DNA of 64,000 nt, from positions 9,327-73,326 of the forward strand of contig CAZITL010000006.1 of assembly GCA_964542195.1 (NCBI GenBank), in the 5' to 3' direction. The notes below the pieces were generated by a model. The model did not search any database. It was not told the DNA's origin and saw nothing but the letters and a program-made list of their open reading frames with translations. Each line of letters begins with the position of its first letter. Position 1 is the first letter of the stretch. The translations under genes and the position numbers were made by a program. The DNA comes from an uncultured Verrucomicrobiales bacterium. GTDB taxonomy: Bacteria; Pseudomonadota; Alphaproteobacteria; Paracaedibacterales; Paracaedibacteraceae. Positions 18,626 through 28,039 of the stretch are shown here, one piece after another.

Positions 18626-19453
18626 ATGATTTTCAAGAGAATCATAAAAGTTATAGTGAGTATTTGGATCATGAACTTATCTTGGGTAAACACATCCCTT
18701 TCACACCAATTTATGGTGGTTCAATCCATCCTTGAGGCGCAAAAAGCACTGGAAGAGGCTAATGAGGAAACGCTGATTTTATTGGATGTGGATTCCACCC
18801 TAACAACCCCCTCTGACCCTTATTTACGACGTGCCGCCATCCAACAATATCGGTCCATTTATGATGCACTGACGATGCCCATGACCCCCAATCAAAAGCG
18901 GATTTTTGATCATGTTCTGGTCATTCAAAGTCCTTCTCAACTGGTTGAACAAGCTTGGCCTCAAGTCATTAAAGACCTTCAGGGTCGGGGTGTAAAACTA
19001 CTGGCTTTCACTGCGGCTAAAATGGGGCCATTGGATTCTCTTATTCCCCACTTTCCTGTATGGCGTTATCAGCAACTCAAGCATCTAGGCATTGATTTTG
19101 CGCCCATCTTTCCTGAGACCATCCTATTTGAAGATTTAAATGATTGGGGAGGGGACCATCCTGGTATGGAAAAGGGGATCATTTATTCAGGTCACAAAAT
19201 AAAGAAAGGTGAGATTCTAGGTCATGTTCTAAGAAGCCTAAACTTTCAACCCCGTTATATTATCTTCATAGATGACAAACAGGATAATGTTGACTCCCTA
19301 TCATCTGCTACCCGTGACCATTTTCCTGAAACTAGGTTTTTAGGGATTCATTACAAAGGGCTAGACAATATTCCTCGGCCTCATATTCATCAGCGTCTTT
19401 TCCAAGAAAAATTGTCCAAAATAGCTGAAATCACAAAGCGTATTGCTTCTTAA
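18626..19453 (+). CDS. HAD-superfamily phosphatase-like protein with signal-like leader
   Basis: DxDxT motif LLDVDSTLT and distal IIFIDDKQDNV. Leader IIKVIVSIWIMNLSWV. Confidence 0.55.
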   Translation: MIFKRIIKVIVSIWIMNLSWVNTSLSHQFMVVQSILEAQKALEEANEETLILLDVDSTLTTPSDPYLRRAAIQQYRSIYDALTMPMTPNQKRIFDHVLVIQSPSQLVEQAWPQVIKDLQGRGVKLLAFTAAKMGPLDSLIPHFPVWRYQQLKHLGIDFAPIFPETILFEDLNDWGGDHPGMEKGIIYSGHKIKKGEILGHVLRSLNFQPRYIIFIDDKQDNVDSLSSATRDHFPETRFLGIHYKGLDNIPRPHIHQRLFQEKLSKIAEITKRIAS

Positions 19454-19586
19454 GTGTTGATTGAAGGAATTTCTACATAATTTTCATTTACTTGTCAGTA
19501 TTGCATTAGGAGTATCTTTAATTAAGGGTTTGTTTTTTTGATTGTCTATTTTTTCTTTGAATTCATTAGTAAAGGACATTTCTACC

Positions 19587-20816
19587 ATGATTAAAAGATT
19601 TTTTGTACTCCTCATTACGACTTTATTAATTGTGGGTAATGATGCAGGGGCAGCCCAAAAACGATTTATTGTAGAAGAATCTGGTGAATTCCTTTTAGGG
19701 AAGTCTTTGAAAGGAGCGCCTAAATCTCTTGGGTTATTCTCCAGGGAGGCAATTTTCTCATCATCCGCTTCTTACCATGGGTCAGTTCCAAAACAATTTT
19801 TTGGTGAAGATTCAGAAATCAAGGCAGGGCAGGTATTTTCTCGACCTACCTATGATCGTATTGCTAAATATATTCTATGTGAAGATGAAGCGGTCAGAGT
19901 CGATATCCTGAAAGCTTTTACCGGAATAAGGTCATTATCTTCAGCTACTCAGCTTGATGAACATTATAACCCTTTTGACCCATTGCATAATCTTCGAAAA
20001 CTCATTAATTCAACCTCTTCGCAACATGTCTTTGAGATGATAAGTGATTCTTCCACCGTAGAGCTTGTCTTAGATGGTAAGAAAAACAAGCAAGCCTCTG
20101 AAGTTTTACAAGGATATGGTAAACTATATAAAGATTTGATGTATGCCTTTCCCAATTATAAGCATCGCTCTACTGTTGATTTTCTTTGTGAGACCGATTT
20201 TGGTTATGTGACGATTGAATTTCAAGTTGCTAAACAAGATCATTGGGATAAAAGGGCCCTTGCCTATATTGCGAGCATCTATGGAAACCAACTAAAACCG
20301 AGGCAAGATTACCCACAAATTCAAGACGTTATTGGCATAAATATCCTCGGAGATGGCTCCACACCGTATTGGCGAGATGGGAGATTTATCCGAGACTATA
20401 TGTTTGTGGATCAAAAGGGATCTGGGCATAGAATTCCTTCACTCAGGCTTATTCAATATTCTCTAGGGGATGCGACTTTAGATCATAAGGAGCTAAAAGA
20501 AAACGATTCTTTAAAGGAGTGGATTGAGTTTTTTAAATCTGCCCATGAAAAACAATCCCTGCCTGAATCAATTACAGAACCCGTAAAAAAAGCCTATGAC
20601 ATGATTCGCGTTGATGTTTTAAAGAAAGAACGTCCAGAGTTGCTTAAAACGTTAGAGGATTATTTTGCTTCTCTGACAGAACACGATAAAGCCGTTGAGG
20701 CAAAAGCTATAGACTCTATTGCTAAAAAATTGTTGAAATCCAACATACCTTTAGAAGAAATAATGGAAATAACAGGGATGTCTGAAGACCAAATAAGAAA
20801 GCTTAAAAGCCATTAA
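19587..20816 (+). CDS. Rpn/YhgA-like PD-(D/E)XK nuclease family protein with hydrophobic N-terminal leader
   Basis: VDFLCETDFGYVTIEFQVAKQ (D...ExQ/K nuclease core). C-terminal IPLEEIMEITGMSEDQIRKLK tail is typical of Rpn-family proteins. I prefer the ATG at 19587 (MIKRFFVLLITTLLIVGNDAGA). Confidence 0.55.
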   Translation: MIKRFFVLLITTLLIVGNDAGAAQKRFIVEESGEFLLGKSLKGAPKSLGLFSREAIFSSSASYHGSVPKQFFGEDSEIKAGQVFSRPTYDRIAKYILCEDEAVRVDILKAFTGIRSLSSATQLDEHYNPFDPLHNLRKLINSTSSQHVFEMISDSSTVELVLDGKKNKQASEVLQGYGKLYKDLMYAFPNYKHRSTVDFLCETDFGYVTIEFQVAKQDHWDKRALAYIASIYGNQLKPRQDYPQIQDVIGINILGDGSTPYWRDGRFIRDYMFVDQKGSGHRIPSLRLIQYSLGDATLDHKELKENDSLKEWIEFFKSAHEKQSLPESITEPVKKAYDMIRVDVLKKERPELLKTLEDYFASLTEHDKAVEAKAIDSIAKKLLKSNIPLEEIMEITGMSEDQIRKLKSH

Positions 20817-21144
20817 TAGGGGGTAGGGGCAATGGATTAGCCATTGGCTTTGGGATCAAGTTTATTCCTTGGACATGATTCGCCGGCAGCTGGTCTTGCT
20901 CTTCCTTAGGATACCTCAAGAGAATCCAACAAATTATTGGTTCCAAAGGCTAAAATTTGCGGATTGGACTTTAATTGTTAAAACATGCCTGTTAGGGCAT
21001 GGTAATTATGGCAAGCTATAAAGTAAATTTGTTATTAATATTTGCTTGTATAATACACCCTGTCGACATCTGATGGGGTGCTTTGTAACTAACAGACTGG
21101 TTGGTATTATCGGAATTAATTATGTGGTTTTGGAAAGAGGTTTG

Positions 21145-21915
21145 ATGAGGCAATTTAAGACATATTTGCTCTCATTCATAGGGTGCTTTCACTATAGACA
21201 GCACTCGATGACACTCATCTTTCATTTGATATGCTTAATGGGAATGACCTTAAAGGTATTTGCGGGTGAAATAGAAAGAAAAAAAGAATATTTAGCCCCC
21301 AAGCTTCAAAGATATGCTTGTCATTCACCTGATGTCGACGGTGATTCTTCCTCTCAGAAAGTGTTGAGATTAGCAGGAAAACTATCCAATGAGCAATTAG
21401 CTTCCTTAAAACGTCCTTATAAGATAATACATTTGGACAGAATTTATGGAGACAACAGAGAAGTTTTTGATCAAAGAGGGTGTTTCATGGTTACTGCTGA
21501 AACACTTAATCCTTCTGTTTTGGATTCTTTATCTCTGCACTTATGTGCTCTAACAAGCATAAATATAGCAGGTATTTCTTCCTTTCCGTGTTTAAGAAAT
21601 CTATATCTGACAGCCAATGCTCTCAGGGATGAAGCCGCTCAAGTAATTTCCCAGTTGGCCTTAGAAAAGCTGTACTTGGCCGTCAATGATATTGGAAATA
21701 AAGGGGTTCAAGCCTTAGCAACCATAACGACATTAGTTGAATTTGATATTTCTCTTAATAAAGAAGTCACGAATGAGGGAATTAAGTACTTTATCAGTCA
21801 CCCCATGATTCAAAAACTAATTATCCAATGCAATCAAATTTCTCCTGATATGGCTGAAGAACTTCGCCGTCATGTGACCACAGTTTTATATTCTCCGAGC
21901 ACCTTTGAAGGATAA
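21145..21915 (+). CDS. RNI-type leucine-rich-repeat protein
   Basis: LRNLYLTANALRDEAAQVISQLALEKLYLAVNDIGNKGVQALATITTLVEFDISLNKEVTNEGIKYF. Start is uncertain: 21046 (TTG), 21145 or 21208. There is a hydrophobic segment MTLIFHLICLMGMTLKVFA. Confidence 0.7.
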   Translation: MRQFKTYLLSFIGCFHYRQHSMTLIFHLICLMGMTLKVFAGEIERKKEYLAPKLQRYACHSPDVDGDSSSQKVLRLAGKLSNEQLASLKRPYKIIHLDRIYGDNREVFDQRGCFMVTAETLNPSVLDSLSLHLCALTSINIAGISSFPCLRNLYLTANALRDEAAQVISQLALEKLYLAVNDIGNKGVQALATITTLVEFDISLNKEVTNEGIKYFISHPMIQKLIIQCNQISPDMAEELRRHVTTVLYSPSTFEG

Positions 21916-22673
21916 CTTAACATCAAGAGTGAAGAGGCATATTCACTATTCTCATAATTTAAGAATCTGCAGTTTAATGGGGTTAATATGAAGAGGGGGC
22001 AAGATTTTGCTGTATTGTACGTAGCAGATGACTCATAAATCTCATAATACTTGTTATGTTAAATTACGCTGCATGTTTTTATGGACGTTATGGCAATTAT
22101 CAGGAGGCACGAACCAACCTAACTTCATTAGGTCTAAATATCTACGATGTCCCTTCCAGTTATATATCTAACTTATTCAAATTTCCTCCCCATATACCCG
22201 AGAATAAGAATGTTCCCCGGACTCATCAGGCCACTTGAAGTGCATTTTTAGTTGTTCGGGCGCTTTTCCAAACAATCTGGGTACAGGTGGATGATTATCC
22301 ACATAGAGCTAACTTTAAAGCGCAAAAGGTAATTCTCAAGTTCCTAGTACCGTAAGCGTGGTGTTGAATCAGCTTGATCGAGTGCTAATAGGCTTACGAC
22401 AAAATCATAATACTGTTTCTAAGGGGTTGGAGTTTAAGAAATGGCCAAGATGATTGTTGTTTATAGTGTTTAAAAAACTTTCAGATCAGCTTTTTCACAG
22501 TTTCGTTCCTGATTTCTTGATAAGAAAGATGCTCAAATTCTTTTTTACAGATTTGTAAATAAATATCTACTTTTTAATTTTTTTGCCCCATACTTGTGCA
22601 AGCTTGCGTCATTTTCGCTTGCTGAAATGTAATATAATTTATATTGTTGTGCTTTATTTGAAAGGAAAAGAAC

Positions 22674-23123
22674 ATGACATTATCTGCACTAAAGAAAGAC
22701 AACCTCGAATTAATTGTCTCTAATAGCCCTTTAACATCTTATGAAGAGTTAAAGGCGCTATTTCACAAACAACAAGCATGGGGATTATCCACTTGTGTTG
22801 ATTTAACAGACTGTGATCCAGATTTAATTCGCTCTGAAGAAGCCATTAAAAAGTACGTTTTAGATTTATGCGACCTAATCGAAATGAAGCGTTTTGGAGA
22901 AACTGTGGTTGTTCATTTCGGTGAAGATGAGAAGGTTGCTGGTTACTCAATGACTCAGTTAATTGAGACCTCTCTTATTTCCGGACATTTTGCCAATCTA
23001 ACCAATAGCGTTTATATAGATGTCTTCAGCTGTAAGCTTTATGATCCTGCTGTCGTAGCAGAATTTACTAAAGAATTTTTTAAAGCTAAGAATGTAACCA
23101 TCAATTATGTGATGAGAAAATAA
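22674..23123 (+). CDS. S-adenosylmethionine decarboxylase-like (small pyruvoyl-enzyme family) protein, divergent
   Basis: GLSTCVDL, QLIETSLISGHF and YIDVFSC parallel the prokaryotic AdoMetDC motifs (..SESH...HTWPE, .IDVFTCG). 149 aa. Confidence 0.5.
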   Translation: MTLSALKKDNLELIVSNSPLTSYEELKALFHKQQAWGLSTCVDLTDCDPDLIRSEEAIKKYVLDLCDLIEMKRFGETVVVHFGEDEKVAGYSMTQLIETSLISGHFANLTNSVYIDVFSCKLYDPAVVAEFTKEFFKAKNVTINYVMRK

Positions 23124-23680
23124 TTTTTCAGGCAACTTGAGTTTTCGCTTCAAAGAAATTTTTTATTTTGTGAAGCAAATTTAAGCTATCTATAAGCTTA
23201 CTGTATGAAATAAGTGAGGGCGAATATCCAATCCATAATGCTGTTGGAGATAAATATAGCCCTCTTTCCAAACCTATCTTTGCAGGTTGCTCAATATAAT
23301 AATAATTACTCAGTTGTTTCTTTGGTAAAATTAAACATTACTGGCGGGTATTTTCACGTTTTGATAAATCCGCCGAATCATATTTGGCTTTTATTCATTT
23401 TGCCGCAGCTCTCGTATGGCTCAAATAATTTTGCTCACACAACCTAGGAAACTTGTAAAAATAAAATCAAAACGATCAAAAAATTAATGACACTCAAAGA
23501 AAATCGTTTTGGTACTAATGAAACGGGTCCTTGATGTTTTTTCAAATCTTATTTTTATTGCGCCCTCAGGAAAAGGGCACTCACCTCCCTGATTATAGGT
23601 CTATAATTATCCATAATTGACAATGTAACTAATCTTTGTTTCCTTGAAGAAGGTAACAATCATGCTCAAGGAATCCATAT

Positions 23681-24688
23681 ATGTTGCAAAAGACTTTTTC
23701 TAAGATTATCGCTCTGCTTTCTGTATTTTCCCTGGTTGATTTGACGTATGGTCTTGAAACATTTAATGCTAATGATCTTGCAAATGGCAAACTTACATCC
23801 ATTATGAGAGAATCTTTTGAGGAGAAAGGCTATTTAATCCTTAAAGATTTTTTTTCACCAAAGACCATGACACAGGCTTTGGAAGAATATAAGGATTTGA
23901 TAAAATCTTTCCCTCACCAAAAGCTTGGACAACATTTCTTTGAAACCAAGGAGGATGGCGGAGCTCAAAGTTCTGACCAATACTTCTTTGACTCTGCTGA
24001 GTTTATGTGGCCGTTTTATAATTCAGCTGCAAAAAGCCATCCAGAGGTTATCACAGCTGATTTGTCGGATGAAAATAGGTTGTTTGAGTATTGCAAGGTT
24101 ATGAACAAAATTGGTCACAATATTCATGCCTTGCATCCTTTTTTCCGAGATCTGATTTTCCAGGATCCCAGGCTTATCAACCTTCCCCAAGATCTAGGAT
24201 ACCATGATCCGTCTGTGGCTTTATATCAAACCACAATCATATCAAAATCAACGGTTGAGGACAGTAAATACAACGCCCATCAAGATGGAACATTTATTGG
24301 TCCTAACGGAAAAGTGCTTGCTTATTGGATTCCCTTAACTCCTTCGACTCAAGAAAATGGATGTTTATGGGGGATTCCCGGCAGCCACAAATTACCTATT
24401 ACTCAATGGTACCGCAAACAAGATAAATCATCATATAAATGCTCCTTTACAGGTGAAGTGCCTACATGGGATCTGAGCCAAAAAGTGTATCTTGAAGTCA
24501 ATCCCGGCGATCTCTTAATCTTTCCTGGATCTTTTATCCATGGTAGTGACCCCTCTCATGTAGAACCTAAAAGTATTCATGATCTCAGAGTAGCCTTAAC
24601 CTATCATTTTGGTCCCACCACTAACTGGGATGAGCTCATTTGGCTTAAGCTAAGTGAGAAAAATACTCTTCCTTTATATAAAAGTTAG
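23681..24688 (+). CDS. Phytanoyl-CoA dioxygenase (PhyH)-family Fe(II)/2-oxoglutarate oxygenase with signal-like leader
   Basis: GYLILKDFF, NAHQDGTF (HxD), WIPL and FIHGSDPS (distal His). Leader IIALLSVFSLVDLTYG. Confidence 0.65.
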   Translation: MLQKTFSKIIALLSVFSLVDLTYGLETFNANDLANGKLTSIMRESFEEKGYLILKDFFSPKTMTQALEEYKDLIKSFPHQKLGQHFFETKEDGGAQSSDQYFFDSAEFMWPFYNSAAKSHPEVITADLSDENRLFEYCKVMNKIGHNIHALHPFFRDLIFQDPRLINLPQDLGYHDPSVALYQTTIISKSTVEDSKYNAHQDGTFIGPNGKVLAYWIPLTPSTQENGCLWGIPGSHKLPITQWYRKQDKSSYKCSFTGEVPTWDLSQKVYLEVNPGDLLIFPGSFIHGSDPSHVEPKSIHDLRVALTYHFGPTTNWDELIWLKLSEKNTLPLYKS

Positions 24689-24770
24689 GTATGAAAGGGG
24701 TGCCTCGGATCAGAGTACCCCTATATTTCTTCATTAATTAAATTCTGGTTATTTTTAAAGGAGCAAGAAA

Positions 24771-25067
24771 ATGTTTGTTGTTGTTTTGCGTTACCTAGTA
24801 GATCTTGAGACCATCTTAGAGAACCGAGAAGACCATCTCAAGTTCTTAAACAAGTATTATGATCAAGGGATTTTTATCGTATCAGGTCCTCAAAAACCAC
24901 GCACCGGAGGGATCATCTTGGCTAAGGCCTCATCACGGGAAGACCTTCAAAACATTTTAAATGAAGATCCCTACTATCATCGTCAGCTTGCTGAATATCA
25001 GATTTTTGAATTTATCCCCAACCATTCATCGACAGAATTTGCTCAAATTCTAAAAAAAGATTTATAG
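24771..25067 (+). CDS. YciI-family protein
   Basis: 98 aa. MFVVVLRYL...REDHLKFLNKYYDQGIFIVSGP....GGIILAKASSREDLQNILNEDPY is typical of YCII-related domains. Confidence 0.7.
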   Translation: MFVVVLRYLVDLETILENREDHLKFLNKYYDQGIFIVSGPQKPRTGGIILAKASSREDLQNILNEDPYYHRQLAEYQIFEFIPNHSSTEFAQILKKDL

Positions 25068-25070
25068 GTC

Positions 25071-26576
25071 ATGTTTTACGCTTTTTTACGCTCTTTAGGT
25101 CACATTTTTTGTCTTATCAGCTTATGTCACGGAACTTTTGCGGTTGATAATCCTTCAATAGATCCTATCGCACGGTATTATCAACCAAGTTACTTATTTA
25201 ACCAAGAAGCCCTCCTTGCTAATCCCAAGTTAAGGGACACATTTATCACTTTGGGGTTCAAAGAAAACGATTTGCCCCCTCTCCCGTATCTTCAGAACAA
25301 TCATAACATCTTTATACCGATTCCCTCTGAGCATGAAAGAGATAATACAACACTTTTAGAGAAAGAAGTTTTAAGGGAATTCTTCAAGAGACGCCGAACT
25401 CTTTACTTATGTGCTATCTTCCAAGAGTTTGTAGGAGCAGCTAGTTTACCTACGTTCTTATTGCTTGCAGCAGGTGCTGTTCATTTCGCCAAGGTTTTAA
25501 ATGCCGACTATTTTACCTCGCTGATGATTATGAATGCTATGTATACATTTGTAACAGGAAGCTATGGGTTAAAAAACCTTGTCGGTGCTTTGTTGAATCC
25601 CAGTAATGACAGTTTGCTTGTCTATGAGATGGCTTATGCCAAGAAAAAGTTTGCCCTTAATTATTTAGATCGTCCTCAGCCAGGAGAGCAACAAGATCTA
25701 CTTTACCCCGAACAGCTTTTTTTGGTGGCGCGCCGCAGTCCTGAGAACTTTTTAAAAACAACTTTGTATTTTGATACTCTACTTAACATTCCGTACAAGA
25801 GTGTGCAGCCAAGGATTCATTGGACTGCTCTTAAAAACTCTTTAAAATTGTATCAGAAGACAGCGCAAGAAATGATTCTTGCATCTTGTATTAACCATGA
25901 ATATGCCTATCGATCAACTTTAGGAACTAACCCAGCCAATAAAGAATTATTGCTGCTTATTTCTCCACCAGGATCAGGAAAGACCTCCCTTGTCAAGGCT
26001 TTAGGCAAGCACACAGAATTGAATATGTCCAGCATTTGCCTCGCTGGATGTACAGTGGAATCTTTGATTGGAACACCAGATACACCCGGATTGTTGTTAC
26101 AGACGCTTGTTCAGTTAGGTCAGAGGAATGGTATTTTGTTTCTTGATGAGTTAGATAAGGTTGTGGTGGATCTACGTCTTCTAGGTATACTACTCCCTCT
26201 TCTTGAGGCTTCGACCAAGACGTTTTATAGTCCTTATTTACGTCGTTCCATAGATATTAGTCATTTATTTGTAATCGCAGCCGTTAATAACGATTTTAGT
26301 ATTCAAGAACATTCTTCTCTTAAAAGTCGATTCCCTAAAAGGGTAGATTTGACTATTGAAAACGTTGAGGAAATGAATCGTATCCTTCTTGACGATTATT
26401 TGGCCAGCAAACTTACCGCTACAGAGTTTGCAATTTTGCACCAAGACGATTCGTTAATGAAGGATCTTTCTAAAATGATGGAAGAATCCCAAGAACGATC
26501 CTTTCGCTTACCTCAAAGCCAGTTGGATCTTGTCATTGGACACTTGCGATTAAGAAAACGTGGAGTTCTTCTTTGA
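25071..26576 (+). CDS. Membrane-associated Lon-like AAA+ ATPase (no protease domain)
   Basis: Walker A SPPGSGKTSL, Walker B ILFLDELDK and sensor region FVIAAVNN...LKSRF resemble the Lon ATPase module. N-terminal leader plus hydrophobic helices at ~aa 105-175. Starts 3 nt after the YciI stop. Confidence 0.65.
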   Translation: MFYAFLRSLGHIFCLISLCHGTFAVDNPSIDPIARYYQPSYLFNQEALLANPKLRDTFITLGFKENDLPPLPYLQNNHNIFIPIPSEHERDNTTLLEKEVLREFFKRRRTLYLCAIFQEFVGAASLPTFLLLAAGAVHFAKVLNADYFTSLMIMNAMYTFVTGSYGLKNLVGALLNPSNDSLLVYEMAYAKKKFALNYLDRPQPGEQQDLLYPEQLFLVARRSPENFLKTTLYFDTLLNIPYKSVQPRIHWTALKNSLKLYQKTAQEMILASCINHEYAYRSTLGTNPANKELLLLISPPGSGKTSLVKALGKHTELNMSSICLAGCTVESLIGTPDTPGLLLQTLVQLGQRNGILFLDELDKVVVDLRLLGILLPLLEASTKTFYSPYLRRSIDISHLFVIAAVNNDFSIQEHSSLKSRFPKRVDLTIENVEEMNRILLDDYLASKLTATEFAILHQDDSLMKDLSKMMEESQERSFRLPQSQLDLVIGHLRLRKRGVLL

Positions 26577-26607
26577 ACTCCATCTTTTGAGAATAGAAAA
26601 GTAAAAT

Positions 26608-27357
26608 CTATTTTTTGCTAGTGACGACATCAGCATAGGGAAGTTTATGAATGTATAATTTTTCATAAGTCCTACATGGAGGAGTATACTGATCTAACCT
26701 CCCATTAATGTATTTTTCATCGCTTCGCTCTAAGAAGAAAAATTGATGTTCTCCCAGCTGGTTGATGCTAAAACTTATCCCACTTGGATCAGAAATTATA
26801 TCTTGATAAATTATGGGAGAAAGACAGGTAAATATAGCCTCATTACTCTTGTAGACAGGTAAAGTTTTAATAACGGGACAAATATCATCATAACGGGCTT
26901 CAATGAAGTATTTAACTTTTATTAGATGATTTTCATTAAGTGTTTTACTAATAAGAGTAACCGGTTTGTGGATATTAACATCGATGGTTTCCAGAAAACT
27001 CCATACACTCTTAGGATGTGTCAGATCAGTGATGTGAGCGAGTGCTAAATATCCTTCTTTAGTAAAAGCTGTAACGCCGGTACAACTCAACAATCCGGTT
27101 GTAGCAATACCAGGGAGATGATTCGAATCATGGGTTATAAAAGCGGCACTTCCCTCATTAACCCACTCAAAGGTCAATGGAGGTTTTTTACAAATATTAT
27201 CAGGATTGATCCATTCAAAATCATTACAGGAGAATTTACTTTTTATTTTTTCTTCAAAAACCTTTTTTTCCATATAGACAATGGGTCCGTCACTAGCATG
27301 AATGGAAACTGTTTGAAATGATAGGAAAAATAGAATTATTTTTGTTAATTTAAGCAC
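26608..27357 (-). CDS. Exported protein with CheD/CNF1-like Thr-Cys-His motif (putative deamidase or cysteine hydrolase)
   Basis: Leader MLKLTKIILFFLSFQTVSIHA. The motif IATTGLLSCTGVTAFTKEGYLALAHIT parallels CheD (VTLGLGSCVAV....G.MAHVMLP). Confidence 0.5.
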   Translation of the reverse strand: MLKLTKIILFFLSFQTVSIHASDGPIVYMEKKVFEEKIKSKFSCNDFEWINPDNICKKPPLTFEWVNEGSAAFITHDSNHLPGIATTGLLSCTGVTAFTKEGYLALAHITDLTHPKSVWSFLETIDVNIHKPVTLISKTLNENHLIKVKYFIEARYDDICPVIKTLPVYKSNEAIFTCLSPIIYQDIISDPSGISFSINQLGEHQFFFLERSDEKYINGRLDQYTPPCRTYEKLYIHKLPYADVVTSKK

Positions 27358-27598
27358 CTTAGTACCTCTTATACCTGTGATTCTAGGTATATATAAGAGT
27401 CCCTAAGGCAGATTCAATTGCCCTCAAGTAATTTACATAGAAAATAATAATTATATAAGGGATCAGCGTACCTTATCACGAGAGACTTACATTTGAAATA
27501 TAATTGAGTATTGAATAAAAATAAGAAAAATTTATTAAAAGATTTAGGTATTTTTTAAGAGGTGTTACCCTACATTTAATGACTCAACAGCAATCCAA

Positions 27599-28015
27599 TT
27601 AGAATTCTTTAACAGTTTTACGTAACATTTTCACTGTGCTGTGCTTATGCTTATCCTTCAATCGTTGCTCTTTGGATGATTTTGTGGGTCTGGTTGGAAT
27701 ACGCATTTTAGGAATCCACAACGCCTTGTGTATTAACTCGGCTAAACGATTTCGAGCATCTTGACGATTTTGTTGTTGAGTACGATAGCGTTGAGCCGTA
27801 ATGATAAGGACTCCATCCTTGGTCATATATCGCTGAGCCACGGTAAAAAGCCGCAAGCGGACATCCTCTGGTAAACTTTTAGAATGGGTCACATCAAATC
27901 GTAATTGCACAGCGCTGGAAACTTTATTGACATTTTGCCCTCCAGGGCCGGTGGCTCTTATAAAGGTTTCGCTGAGCTCATCTTCTTGGATGTGTATCGT
28001 TTTTGTGATACGCAT
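27599..28015 (-). CDS. arfB: ArfB (YaeJ) alternative ribosome-rescue factor / peptidyl-tRNA hydrolase
   Basis: 138 aa. GGQ motif in ATGPGGQNVNKVSSAVQLRFD. Basic C-terminal tail. Confidence 0.9.
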   Translation of the reverse strand: MRITKTIHIQEDELSETFIRATGPGGQNVNKVSSAVQLRFDVTHSKSLPEDVRLRLFTVAQRYMTKDGVLIITAQRYRTQQQNRQDARNRLAELIHKALWIPKMRIPTRPTKSSKEQRLKDKHKHSTVKMLRKTVKEF

Positions 28016-28039
28016 TGTCTTGATTCACCTACTAATGTC

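Noticed and set aside
22056-23447. ORFs 22056..22238 and 23214..23447 in long intergenic regions.
   Set aside because: Each is barely at the 60-77-aa threshold with no RBS and low-complexity sequence. They are treated as non-coding (see the finding on the 758-bp gap).
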